Source: Oopsacas minuta (Eukaryota; Animalia; Porifera). Taken from it: a stretch of 64,000 nt of DNA. Positions 12,401 to 23,255 of the stretch are shown here, piece after piece. Every line of letters starts with the position of its first letter. Position 1 is the stretch's first letter. Below the pieces are notes generated by a model, which saw nothing but the letters and a program-made list of their open reading frames with translations, was not told where the DNA came from and made no database searches. The stretch spans positions 434,001 to 498,000 of the forward strand of contig JAKMXF010000177.1 in assembly GCA_024704765.1 (NCBI GenBank), given 5' to 3'. The position numbers were made by a program, and so were the translations under genes.

Positions 12401-15197
12401 TGTTTAGAGCAAACAATCAACAATATACTCGAGAGAAGAAAGGGCTAATCTATATAAGATACCACAGTTGTTTATTGTATTAATGTAGGAGGTACTTCGT
12501 AGGGTTGAATCGATCCAAATAACTGAGCATGTGCTAAACTGTTGGGGTTGTGATCATGGACAAGGCCTGGTAAAGATGTTAGCCCAGCCTACCTATGGCT
12601 ATCTTTTCTCGATAGCGTAAAGGTAGCCTGCTAGTTGCAGCATCTGATGCTCCAGAAACACCTCACAATTTGGAACAAATATTTCAATTTTTCCAGAACT
12701 GAATTTAGAGAACCCAATTAATGTGTTTACATCGGACTTGAAAGTGATTAGTATGGTATGTGGAATAAAGGATGGAAATACAAATTATCATGTCCGTATC
12801 ATACATGTTTTCGTCCATTCGAAGGAGCTGGATTTCCCAGAACATTGTAGCTTATAATGCTGGATATTGTAACTATACTAAAGAGACATAGAATAGAGAT
12901 TACTTATTGTATATAAGCATTTACTAGCATGGGATTATTGGAAGTAAGGTGAAAATACATGGACATTTGTAACAAATTGTATAATTGCTTGGCTTTTCCT
13001 TATATAGTTAAAAATTGGGAACTTATAGCAAATCGGCTATAAAAGAAAAGAGAATATTACAAACATTTTAGAAGAGATGGGAAACAAGTGAACAAGAATT
13101 TTGTCAGCCATTTTATCGATTGAAGACTGTCCCACTCACATTATTAGTTAGGATAGGAATATCTGTTAGAGATAATACTTACTTGTTTATCTGTAATTCC
13201 AAAGTATGCGGCCTATCAAATCATTTTCGGCTTCACCATGTAAACATACCTGATATAACTCAGAAGCTAAACGAATCAGTGTATGCTATTAAAGGTGAAT
13301 GAAATCTATCATATAAGTATACATATACGTAATTAATGATTAGATGGTTGAACATATTGACTAGGAAATTCAATATGTTTTGGTCTGGAAAAATTCGGGG
13401 AATATGACAAATTTTCCCAACAGCAAAATCTGAGAATATTAGCTAACATGGAATACTACGGGGCAACGCACCCCTGTTTCAAAATTTCGCATGGTGGGGC
13501 CCAGTGCTCGACAATTCCGGTGGTTTGGTGGCTATAAGCTATAGCCACCAGAATATTGCCTTTAGACACCAAAAAATCATGTATTTTGGCTAAGATATGC
13601 GAGGTGGTGGCTAAGTTAGCCACCACGGAATTTCAATTTTGTCGAGCGCTGGTGGACCCCTACAAGTTTGAATTTGTTTCCTAAAACTAGGCACCAATGT
13701 GGTCACCCACTCGCTCTGATAGACGATGCCGGGTAAGCATGGATGGTGAGTGTATAATCCCAAGTTAAGCTATTTTGTCGGGTTTTGTAGGGATATTCCA
13801 TTACATTATAAAATAGCTCTAAAGTATTAAATTTAGTCTCACGATTCGATTATTGGAAAGATTTAAATATTCAAGTTCCTGTAGATAGAAGATTGACCAG
13901 GGAAGGAGAGAGATCTGGTTACTGGACAAGTTTAACTGAGTTATGTTCACAAACTTTCCAATGACAGCAGGGAGTCCAGTCGTTGTAGTTCCTGGAGTAA
14001 ACAGAAATTAATAATCATATAAGCCAACCATTCCGTTTGTGAAGCCAAACTTAGAGATTTGTCCTGCGTCAAACTTTTGCCTCAATTGTTACGCTTTTTA
14101 GCGGGAAGAATGGGAAACTAGATATTTGCTACCCTAGCTTTCGTATTTCTCCTCAAAATCAGGGTAAAATTCTTGATTTAAAACCATGGATGTATCAAAA
14201 GTAATTTTTTACACCAAAATTGAATTTTCCATTCTTATCATCGACTCATATACAAAAGATCTATAAATGTACCAAATTTCAAGATTTAGTCTCCACTCTT
14301 TCATGTGTTTGGCCATGATCATTTTGATAAACATTTTAGGGTCTAGTTTCGCAATTTTCAAATTATGTCTGCCTAAAAAGATCTAAGATATGATGATTTT
14401 TCGGAAAAAATTGATCGGCGATCCTCCTATCGTCATAAATGGATCACGATCGTGATCATACGATCAATAATCGCCCTAGGTATAATTTGGAACACTAAAG
14501 AGATAATAATTAAATATTTTGAGTGATCCTTTAATTCAATAAGGATGTGATTTGATAAAATTACAGCTAACTGGAATGGTCACCTGGGGAGTGTTGCCAA
14601 ATTGTCGATTCGACATGGAATGACCCTATATGTATAATATACGTGATTATATTTGAGTAACCTGTTAGAGTGAGTCTGGTAATGATTCTAGAGTTGGAGT
14701 GTTTTTGTAAAATTTCTTCAAACTCCTCTGTGCTCCGAACTATGTTAGAGAGATCTACTATTTGACTGTCTTCAGCTATCTGTGTCTATAAAATAAAGAA
14801 TAATAAGCAAGAAATACGTATGTAAATTGAGTGATATTATTAGCTATACTACAGGTAAAGGAACAATAATAGCGTGCACTGACCGGGGATAACCTCGAAC
14901 AGCAGATCGGGTTCTACAATAGACTCGGCTTAATAGAGCCACAGTTAATCGGGTCACTTGGCCAGGAACAGAACCATACGAACAGTGTTAAATTACTCCG
15001 ATTAATCGGGTCAAAATGGGCTGGTCCCGAATCTACTGAATACGTATGTATCCTTCAACCACCGTATTATATAATTAGTAGTATAAATTAAGCTATAAAC
15101 ATACAGGAGGAGTGTTGTTGTTGTTGTTATCTTCTCCATCAGTATAAGCAGGTGCAGTAGACGAAGAAGAAAATAAATTTTTAATTGCTTGAAACAT
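6409..15197 (-). CDS. 7-exon leucine-rich-repeat protein (277 aa predicted) with a C-terminal BC-box/SOCS-box-like motif and a CxxC...HxC Zn-finger-like end
   Basis: Hand-spliced exons, all GT-AG and phase-compatible: 15197-15105, 14785-14662, 13991-13843, 9221-9166, 8619-8439, 6708-6653, 6583-6409 (834 nt). The protein contains LPAVIGKFVNITQLNLSSNQISLLPWSIFYLQELEYLNLSNNRI|VELPKTLGYLKKLIIFDLR|DNMIQFVPSEL (LRRs), then SLVDLTVR|CIMEY...MPPNLKHQI and CTKCKNYFSSKKTFEVHHC*. Confidence 0.85.
6787..7350 (+). repeat. Interspersed non-autonomous repeat (Helentron/HINE-like), copy 1, in an intron of the LRR gene
   Basis: Starts in a T-run with TAGTACAACTCCTATAGGGAG, followed by GTCCGT-type repeats and a body shared with 21818-22330 (+) and with 46500-46813 and 47600-47705 (-). 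The family assignment is inferred from structure. The right boundary is approximate. Confidence 0.55.
7592..7957. repeat. Fold-back inverted repeat, arms about 125 bp (7592-7715 and 7833-7957), moderately diverged
   Basis: TCGATAGTCGCTGGAGTT...CCCATACCCTT on the left matches the reverse complement of AAGGGTATGGGG...GCGACTATCGA on the right; ATGGATGGCA is also mirrored. Confidence 0.7.
9523..9901. mobile_element. MITE with 22-bp TIRs
   Basis: CAGGGCTGTATCAACTCATTTT ... AAAATGAGTTGGTATAGCCCTG, with internal subterminal AACTCAT(T) repeats. The flanking 7-mer CCTGGGG is repeated at 9513-9519 and 9902-9908. Confidence 0.8.
9966..13495 (+). mobile_element. Large long-TIR DNA transposon (about 400-bp arms) with a degenerate transposase; left arm interrupted by the mariner
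   Basis: 9966-10144 plus 11414-11670 is the reverse complement of 13096-13495. The interior has fragmented frames with DHGQGLVKM and DLKVISMVCGIKDG...SCPYHTC-like motifs. Confidence 0.7.
10145..11411 (+). mobile_element. Tc1/mariner element, DD34D transposase pseudogene
   Basis: TIR CCGAGTGTTCAATAAGTTCG(A/G)GTAAA at both ends, with TA duplication at 10143-44 and 11412-13. ORFs 10321-10788 and 10882-11352 are in the same frame, separated by one TAA (DETWIYY*DIQSKQQS). Motifs WVPHLL-like (LVPHLL), HHDNAPAH and YSPDLAPCD; 34 residues lie between the last two Asp. The usual RSGRP linker after SLDDE appears deleted. Confidence 0.97.
13502..13651. mobile_element. 150-bp hAT-like MITE
   Basis: TIR CAGTGCTCGACAA / TTGTCGAGCGCTG. 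Flanks GTGGGGCC and GTGGACCC (8-bp TSD, 2 mismatches). Two internal palindromes GGTGGCTA...TAGCCACC. Confidence 0.8.
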
Positions 15198-17314
15198 TTG
15201 AAAGTCTCTTATAAAATAGAAATGATATAAATATCAGAAGCTAGAAGCTAACTGGTAAAATTAATAATTAATTAGAATAGATGTACGTAAAACCAAGATT
15301 TATACATTTGTCCCGTAATATATTAAGTGCGATATAAACAAATTCAATCCTTATAGTCTTCAGATTTAGAATGTGCGGCTCCTATCTGGAGATGTCCTAA
15401 TGTTGTGAACAATGTACGAAGTTCGTCAGCCCAGTCCTAAGAAAGCTATCAATCCGATTACTAGGAAAAATTGGTACATACATACATACTACATAATAAT
15501 ATATACAATTTGTAGATATGAACCTACTTATGAAATTTTTGGGGAATATTATCATTTCAATGAAAATTCAAAAATATACTAGAATATAAGTTATAACTTC
15601 GTCAGGGGAAATTGTGCGTGTTAATATAATTCAACCAAGGAGACCACATATATGGCAGTGCAGCGATTCATGAGTCTTAAAAACTTGCAGCTATGAAACC
15701 GAATGTGAATACAAACATTCCTCTTCACCATTATTACGACCTCTACTGTCAGGTCTAGGCCTAGCTACGGCCCTACTCTCAGCCTTGTCCGACACTGAAA
15801 TCACTCCAATCAGCTATTTCAGAACTTGGTGAGGTCTACAGTTGGAGGACAGAATTATTACTCATGGATAATCATATTCTAACATCTGGGAAGAAAGTGA
15901 AGGGTCTGAATGAACTTGATGCACCCTCAACAGAAATTGACATTGTTGCAGCTTCTTCGTTGCATACATATCTCTGTGTATCTAGGTGTTAGTTAATTAT
16001 CACTTGGACGCAGGTTGTAGTAAGTGATCGCCTTCGAATACCTAAGTTATTAATTCAATGAAGTGCGAGATCAAATATATTAAACAATTTCCTTTTTAGC
16101 ATTGTTTCAATGAAATTATAAAGGTGTGAAGGTTAATATTCGTCCATTAGAAAACAGCACTAATCCTTATTACTTTCCAGTATTTCTATCATTCCTTCTG
16201 AAACGCTACCTCTATTTAATTCCATTATTGACAAGGAAGTATACTTGCACTATCACAAAGGTAGTGTGGAAATGTGAAAATCTAGACTCCTGAAACAAAC
16301 ACAATTGTAGAAAAATGGTTGGGAGTTGTGAAACATTACATACTAATAAAAACGTTGCATTTGCGACGGGTGATTTTTGAGAAGGATGCATACAATCATT
16401 TCACAACGCATCTTGGGAGTAGCATATAACATACCAAAAAGCTCTAGACACAGAAAAAAACGAAATCTTGAGCATTGTGAAGAAGCATTCGAATTTGGAA
16501 ACCAAAGAAAATAAAAGCTTATTATTATCATGAGCCAATGCTAAGTTCAAAATTTACGGGCCAAAAAGCTGAACTCAAAAATTCTCTCCAGAATTAGTCG
16601 AATATGATTCACGAAAACAACAAATCACTCTAACAGTCAAATTACCAATTGAATACTATCTAACAAGGCAATTGAAACTAACATCGAACATCAACTATTA
16701 ATCAGATTCTACGTATGAATTCCAAGATTTCGAGGAGTATAATAGCACCTCAAGTACGAATACTGATTCTACTATTAAACATCTTAGGGATAATGTACAG
16801 GATATCGACCACAATTATGGATCTCATATTTGTTGCATTCATGTTTCAAAAGTGCTCTAGAAAAATAAACAGTAGAAATTTCACACAAACTAAGTCTGAG
16901 TGTCGCCCGGGGCGCCCAACCCCCCTCACTACGCCACTCTCTACAACTATGGTTATCGTCTACAAACCTGTCCGAAGAATGTTTAGAGGATGTAATAATT
17001 ATGTCAGAAGATATCGGGGAAACATCAATAAAAACATCATTTTCGGATAATTTTTGTGACATTTTAGTACTGCTTCTATGTTTCAGGGACCCAGTTTTGG
17101 TAGTCTATCGTTACAAATCGGTAAGAAAGAGTAATCAAAAGAGTCGAACATTGTCATATTAATCTCAACAGGATAGAATGCAAATTTTTCTCTCAGAATA
17201 AATTGATTTTAGACAATTTTGAGTTTTGATGACGTCATTCACACATTTTTGACTGAATATATTCATGATCTGAGTTTACCAATGAAATGTATGGGGTCGA
17301 TCTCCTATATGCAG

Positions 17315-20300
17315 TAGGCCGGATCGAGAAAAGTATAAATCGTCGGTTCAACTTCTACCTAAGGGAAAAGTTGCCTTTACCATTTTCTAGGAAAATGCGA
17401 GACTTAAATTTGAAAAATATTTCGATTTGACCCTTGCGGTTTTATATTTTTGCTGTGTCACTTTCGCAAAATTGATTTTATATTGTCCGAATTTTCAAAT
17501 TCCTTTGACTTAGCCCCTTTATATATATTATTTGGTAATAGTAAGTCGCATATTTGCTATTGAATGGTATATTAATCGAATTTCTATGTCCAAGGATACT
17601 CAAGTTATCAAGATTTTTTTTGCATATTCTATCATACCCTAATATTATTACCCACCCCCCTTTTTTTCCGATTATTTGAAAATTATTAGCTTTTTTATCT
17701 ATCGTGGTATATGATTCAATTATGTTATATCAAGTATATTTAACATGCATAATCTTTCTTTGACTCAAATGCGGGCATTTTTTCTCTTGATGTTAGGGTT
17801 GAAAGAATTAATCCATGCCTCGCATCTTCTCCTGTTACTGAACACGAACTTTTAGTGACTAATTGAATAGTTCTTTCAACAGCTTGTGTATGACATGGAT
17901 ATGCTGGAATTTCTAGTGGAGTACGTACACAATTAATTAGTACTTCTTTTGAGAGGTATCTTGTAAAAGGCGGTTCTGTGATAAAAGAGGTTTCCCAATC
18001 AATCATATCCACATATGTTTCAGCAGTGAACCTAATTGAAGGAAGATTAAATGGGCGAATTTCAATCGGTCTAAATGATGAACTGTTAATTCGGATATCT
18101 AAAATAGTCTTCACTGCCTTTTGTCTAATTTGTTCATCATTATCTGCAAGCATCGATAACAGGAGATTTTCTGGATGACAAAAATATGAGTTTCTCTGTA
18201 TCACATCGCAAATTACTTCTTGGTCAGACTCCGGTAGATCTCGTAGCAAAGATATCGCAAAAAACATATTTTTAGGTCCATCTGTGCAAATCGGGTTACT
18301 CTTGATTCTAAACCAAACTGGTGCATAATAATTGACAATAAAATTGACAAGTCGGGATAATTCAGGTGTGGGATGTATCGTAGAAATGTACGACCTAAGT
18401 AATCTGTTGGCCAGTGTTGTCCATCTAGCATGATTAAAGGACCAGGTTGCATCGATGCCAGTTCAGATGAGCAAATACCAGTCTGAACTGCATGGCAGAT
18501 ATTATATAGATATTTCTGATCTTTATTTAAATTCTTGAGAATATCGCAATCAATAAGTTGAGTTTTACCGCATAAAGGATGATACGCTGCAATTGGTTTG
18601 CAAGTAAAATCACAATTAAGTTCTTTACCAATTACTCCTTTAAAAGAATTGGGTCCACTGGTTTTTCCATCTATTATTTGAAAGAGATGCCTCAATGGAA
18701 GTTCATTACCATGTAATTGGCAAATAAACCAGTGGAGTGGTTTTGTGAACTCTAGTTCAAGTAATCTAATACACCCATTGTAGATTCCAGTGTTAACACG
18801 AGCTCCATCAGCTCCAACCGCCATTAAATTTGAATTACGCTCCCTGCAAAGATCAGTCAATTCCTTTGCTATATCTTTGGCTTTACCAGAACTTGGTGTT
18901 ATATGGGCAACATACTGATTCCCCGGTTCAGATAAGACAGTATAATGTTCTTCATTTGCAGTATCCTGATGCAAATGTCCATCTTCTCTTTCTACCAGTA
19001 CTCGAGTTTGATCTTTACGGCCATCAAAATATATTGCAGATATATCATTGATAGTTTCGTGAGCCTCATTAGCCAATTCCTTTCTCACAGAGAATCTAGA
19101 TCTACGGAGTTTGTTTCTATCAATAATTTGACTATCTTCTTCCTGTGTGATAATACCGTAATCCTGCAGTACTGCGTTAGCTATAGCTGCGCCTGCCCGA
19201 TCGCTAATTTGATATCTATCACACATTATGGCTAAATTTCGTAATTGATTATGATTACGTGTATACTTGTGAGTATTAGATGTACTCGAGTCAAAAGATT
19301 CAAACTCTTCAAAGTCACATTCTATAAATTCCTGCGAAGGTTGAACTGCATGTAATCTCTTCATTTCCCTTTCTTCTCTTTCATATTGTGCCTCTTTTCT
19401 TTTTTGTTTAACAAAATTTTTAGAGGTTGTCATGCAATCCAAGCTGGATATAAATAATTTTCGAGCGTTTCGCTGATCAAAGAGAAATGGCCACTCACGG
19501 CGTGGTATCTTTTTATCGAGAGAGCAAAAACATTTACCTTCCTGAATTAGGCATTTGCAACTTGAGACATCGAACAAGACATTGAATTCGGAAATAATAG
19601 GCTGTATACGGTCAGGTTGTTGCTTGTTTTGGATACTTTTTCCGTAGTATTTAGCTCTCTCAATAATATCAGAATTGATGTACTGTTTTATTTTGAGCTC
19701 TGATATAGTGGGTATGGAAGCCAAATTATAGATACGCACTAATACTTCAGTTAGTTCTTTCGCTATATCATCTCTAGTTGATTTAGAATCTTCATTTCTA
19801 AGCATTCTATAATGATTGTATAGATCTAGTTTTGTTGGAAGTTGATTTTCTGGAATGGGTCCTGGATAGCCAAAAATAGGATGAAATACTTTACTACGCG
19901 TGTTTTCTGCCATTTCAAAAATAAATATATTTTAGGAATATAATCACTCAATAATATGAATGATTTGATCGAGCATTGATATAGATACTATAATTGACCA
20001 TAAATTCCATGCTAGATAAATGGTAACTAAGTTAGAACAAGAGATAAGGAATGTTGGTAAAATTTCTTTGTGGTAACCTATTGATGAATTTGGATCTGAT
20101 AAAGAAATATACTAAGTTTGGTGATTATATAAAAATTTTACTAAGAATATAGAATTTTCAAATAATCGGAAAAAAAGGGGGGTGGGTAATAATATTAGGG
20201 TATGATAGAATATGCAAAAAATTCTTGATAACTTGAGTATCCTTGGACATAGAAATTCGATTAATATACCATTCAATAGCAAATATGCGACTTACTATTA

Positions 20301-20521
20301 CCAAATAATATATATAAAGGGGCTAAGTCAAAGGAATTTGAAAATTCGGACAATATAAAATCAATTTTGCGAAAGTGACACAGCAAAAATATAAAACCGC
20401 AAGGGTCAAATCGAAATATTTTTCAAATTTAAGTCTCGCATTTTCCTAGAAAATGGTAAAGGCAACTTTTCCCTTAGGTAGAAGTTGAACCGACGATTTA
20501 TACTTTTCTCGATCCGGCCTA
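17315..20521 (-). mobile_element. Full-length hAT-superfamily DNA transposon (probably hAT19-like) with about 370-bp near-identical TIRs
   Basis: Perfect 8-bp TSD ATATGCAG at 17307-17314 and 20522-20529. Termini TAGGCCGGATCG...CGATCCGGCCTA. TIRs 17315-17684 and 20153-20521 differ only at a few positions. Confidence 0.95.
17740..19913 (-). pseudogene. hAT transposase (about 725 aa) split by a single 1-nt frameshift near 18434
   Basis: The 566-aa ORF has YFDGRKD, DGARVNTG and CQLHGNELPLRHLF. Restoring one base after PGPL gives HARWTTLANRLLRSYIS...YYAPVWF, which runs into the 175-aa ORF containing PCHTQAVERTIQLVT (catalytic Glu region). Confidence 0.9.
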
Positions 20522-21338
20522 ATATGCAGGTAACATACGGTAACTCGAACATCAAGCGAAGTCAAATACATTAGAGATAGCGAATGTTGGAGTTAACGGA
20601 TGGCCTTCATTTAAGGTACCAATTTCCCAACGAGCTAATATTTTACTGCTTATTCAGTTTTTTGTGATCTTTCCAAAATGCATTTAAAAGCATTCATATA
20701 AAAAATTATTCAAATTTATATTGATAATTAATATACTATTCGAGTTTCCGGGTTAACACACCCGAAAAATCGAATGATTGCGTTGATGGGCATTCGAGAT
20801 AGCGGATGTTAACTGTAGATATATTATAATATTCAGAGGTAGGAGCCATTATTTTGCCTAATCCCCATTTGCTAGATTGAGTGATTCTCTGCTTTATTCA
20901 TGGATGAAGAGAGTTAACAGATATAGTTCGCTAAAATGGAGAACAATCGAACGCAAGTATGTGAATCCTTGCAATTTCGGACAAGAATACGAAATAGCTG
21001 TTAACGCAGCCCTCTGTACAAATGAACTAACTTATAATATCTTGAGGATAGGGCAGCTGCTCAGTACAGAACTGTATACGTAGTTGGAATTATAGCCTGT
21101 ATTATTGTAGAGAATATTCAACCTATATCCTTACTCAATAAGTTACACAAAAGTATTTCCATAGTGTCAATAGATATTCCTTATGGTGCGAATACTATAG
21201 TCTACATTTATATGTAGTTCTGTTTAGACTTTGCTGATAATAATATTATACTAGCAATACTTAACCTGAAGCTACACTTATCAAGATGTTTAGTTCACTA
21301 AGAAGTCAAGAACTAAGTTCGAACTCAACTTCGTAGTG

Positions 21339-21414
21339 CAGCGGTTCCCACCGGGGTTCACAGGATCTATTGCAGTCTATGGGGGTCCACTTGTAAAAAG
21401 GTTGGGAACCGCTG
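21339..21414. mobile_element. 76-bp hAT-type MITE
   Basis: TIR CAGCGGTTCCCA / TGGGAACCGCTG; 8-bp TSD TCGTAGTG / TCTTAGTG (1 mismatch). Confidence 0.85.
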
Positions 21415-21817
21415 TCTTAGTGAATATGGAGGCTTGAGTATTAATAAAGTCCTTGGTATTTCCAAATTAAGAATGATGGTTTTGTTAGATATTTCTGACT
21501 GTAAGGTTTGGCAAATATCGATAGCATACGTTAATAATCTCCGATACGATATATCGAAAAATTCCCCCCATACGATAAATATCGGTTCGATATTTCTATA
21601 AATAGAATATATATCAAGATTATTGTTAATATCGGGAAATCATCGGAATATATCACATTTCGAAGATAATTCCGAAATATCTGGAAAATATCAGGAAACA
21701 TCGGAATCAATAATTGAAATATATCAATAGTTTAAAATATCGGAAAGTATTACATTTTCGATATTTTTCATAACCGAGATATCGGTGCCAATCTGACTCA
21801 TTAATAGTTTAGTTTTT

Positions 21818-22330
21818 TAGTGCAGCTCCTATAGGGAGATGCCCTAATGGTATGGACGATGTGCTACGTCCGTCTGCCCAGGGGGCCGTGCGAAATCTAG
21901 CAGTCCAATTAACATGAAAATTGGCATCCATATACATTTTGGGTCGGAGATTTGCACCTCGGATATGAATTTTCCTAAAGTGAATATTCTCACACCTTTC
22001 TATGTAAAATAGAAAAGCAAGCTAGAGATTAGGTTTCACATGTTTTCAGGGGTAATTGTGTGCGTAGAGTCCGATTTTGAGAATTTCAGAGTCTGAAAGT
22101 TACAAATTAACAGATTTATCATATGAATAATCATATTTAACAACTTTTTACATATTACTCAAAATAATGCTAGAGATTTCGTATTAACTGCTATTCATGG
22201 GTAATCGAGTATGTAGGTTACAAAATTAATATTTCGAATTTATATCTACATTATTAATCATATTTTCACATATTTTTATACATAATTCAAATTGGTGATA
22301 GAGATTTCATTTCAATAGTTCAGGGGATAA
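21818..22330 (+). repeat. Helentron/HINE-like repeat, copy 2
   Basis: TAGTGCAGCTCCTATAGGGAGAT...GCGAAATCTAG...AACATGAAAATTGG...CGTAGAGTCCGATTTT, colinear with 6787-7350; inserted in a T-run. The right boundary is approximate. Confidence 0.55.
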
Positions 22331-23046
22331 TTGTAGGATAATTATTCCGAATTTTATTCATAGGATTTGAGGATAGAATATGACATACATTAGGGGACGA
22401 ATGATATTGAATATACTAAAATATTTATCAGATCCAGGAGCCCAAAATCAGTCAGGTCCGGTGCATTGCGGCTTTTACACGGTGCCTGAAAAGAACAAAA
22501 ATGCATAACCCTGAGTTGCACTACTGGTCTGTCTGCTGGGCATTTTTTGTTATTCTTCTAACTGTACCCAACGGGTTATGTGGAAAGTCTCGACTAACAG
22601 GTATACATACATAACAGAATCGGCATAATAACACAAAGTAAATTAGTTAGACTTGTACTATTAGGAATGCTGCAACACAAAATATAAAATCACCTACTGT
22701 GAGGGGTAATATGTGTACAGTCAACTTCCATTATATCGAAATAGTGCTTGTATAGAATCTGAAATTGTATGAACATGGTCCCAAACCTTCAAAGTAACAT
22801 AAGTTTTATCGGTTCTATCGAACATTACTATCTCAATTGGTCAATTGTGCTATAATTTACTCGTTCAAATTAGAAGCACGAAATACTGAGGGAAATATAC
22901 CGAAGAAGAGTTGTTAAGATATTATTGTATTGTCTACTTATAATGAATACTTTCTAACCTATGTGTAATCAAGGGGTTCTAGTTACCTGGCGGTAAGAAT
23001 AAAACAAACATTAAACAGAATAAGATAGAGGTGGTAAGAAGTAGTA

Positions 23047-23059
23047 TAATAACAATAAC

Positions 23060-23117
<58 letters not shown>
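23047..23117. repeat. (AAT)n microsatellite about 140 bp downstream of the DYRK stop
   Basis: About 20 AAT units, with two AAC variants at the left end. Confidence 0.98.
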
Positions 23118-23255
23118 GGGCATAAGGAGTATGTGCAGCTAAAAAGAGAGCACAATATAGTAAGTGGTTGCATAAAAAGTTAAGTTATCGGTATTAGTGA
23201 GCTTCAGAGAAGAATGAAGTGACGTCATAGTGTATAAAGTGGAAGAACTTGCGAC

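Noticed and set aside
11466-13302. Two identical small ORFs (LKTVPLTLLVRIG...) on opposite strands
   Set aside because: They are a by-product of the inverted-repeat arms, with no coding signature.
15700-17060. Coding-like stretches and ORFs 16715-17050 and 16784-17062
   Set aside because: The frames are interrupted, I recognised no motif, and I could not build a consistent splice model. They may be a decayed gene or TE and need TBLASTX.
18420-18450. Programmed ribosomal frameshift in the hAT transposase
   Set aside because: There is no X XXY YYZ slippery heptamer or downstream structure, and hAT transposases are not known to use one. A 1-bp deletion or sequencing error is simpler.
22979-23173. 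64-aa poly-Ile ORF
   Set aside because: It is a translation of the (AAT)n microsatellite.
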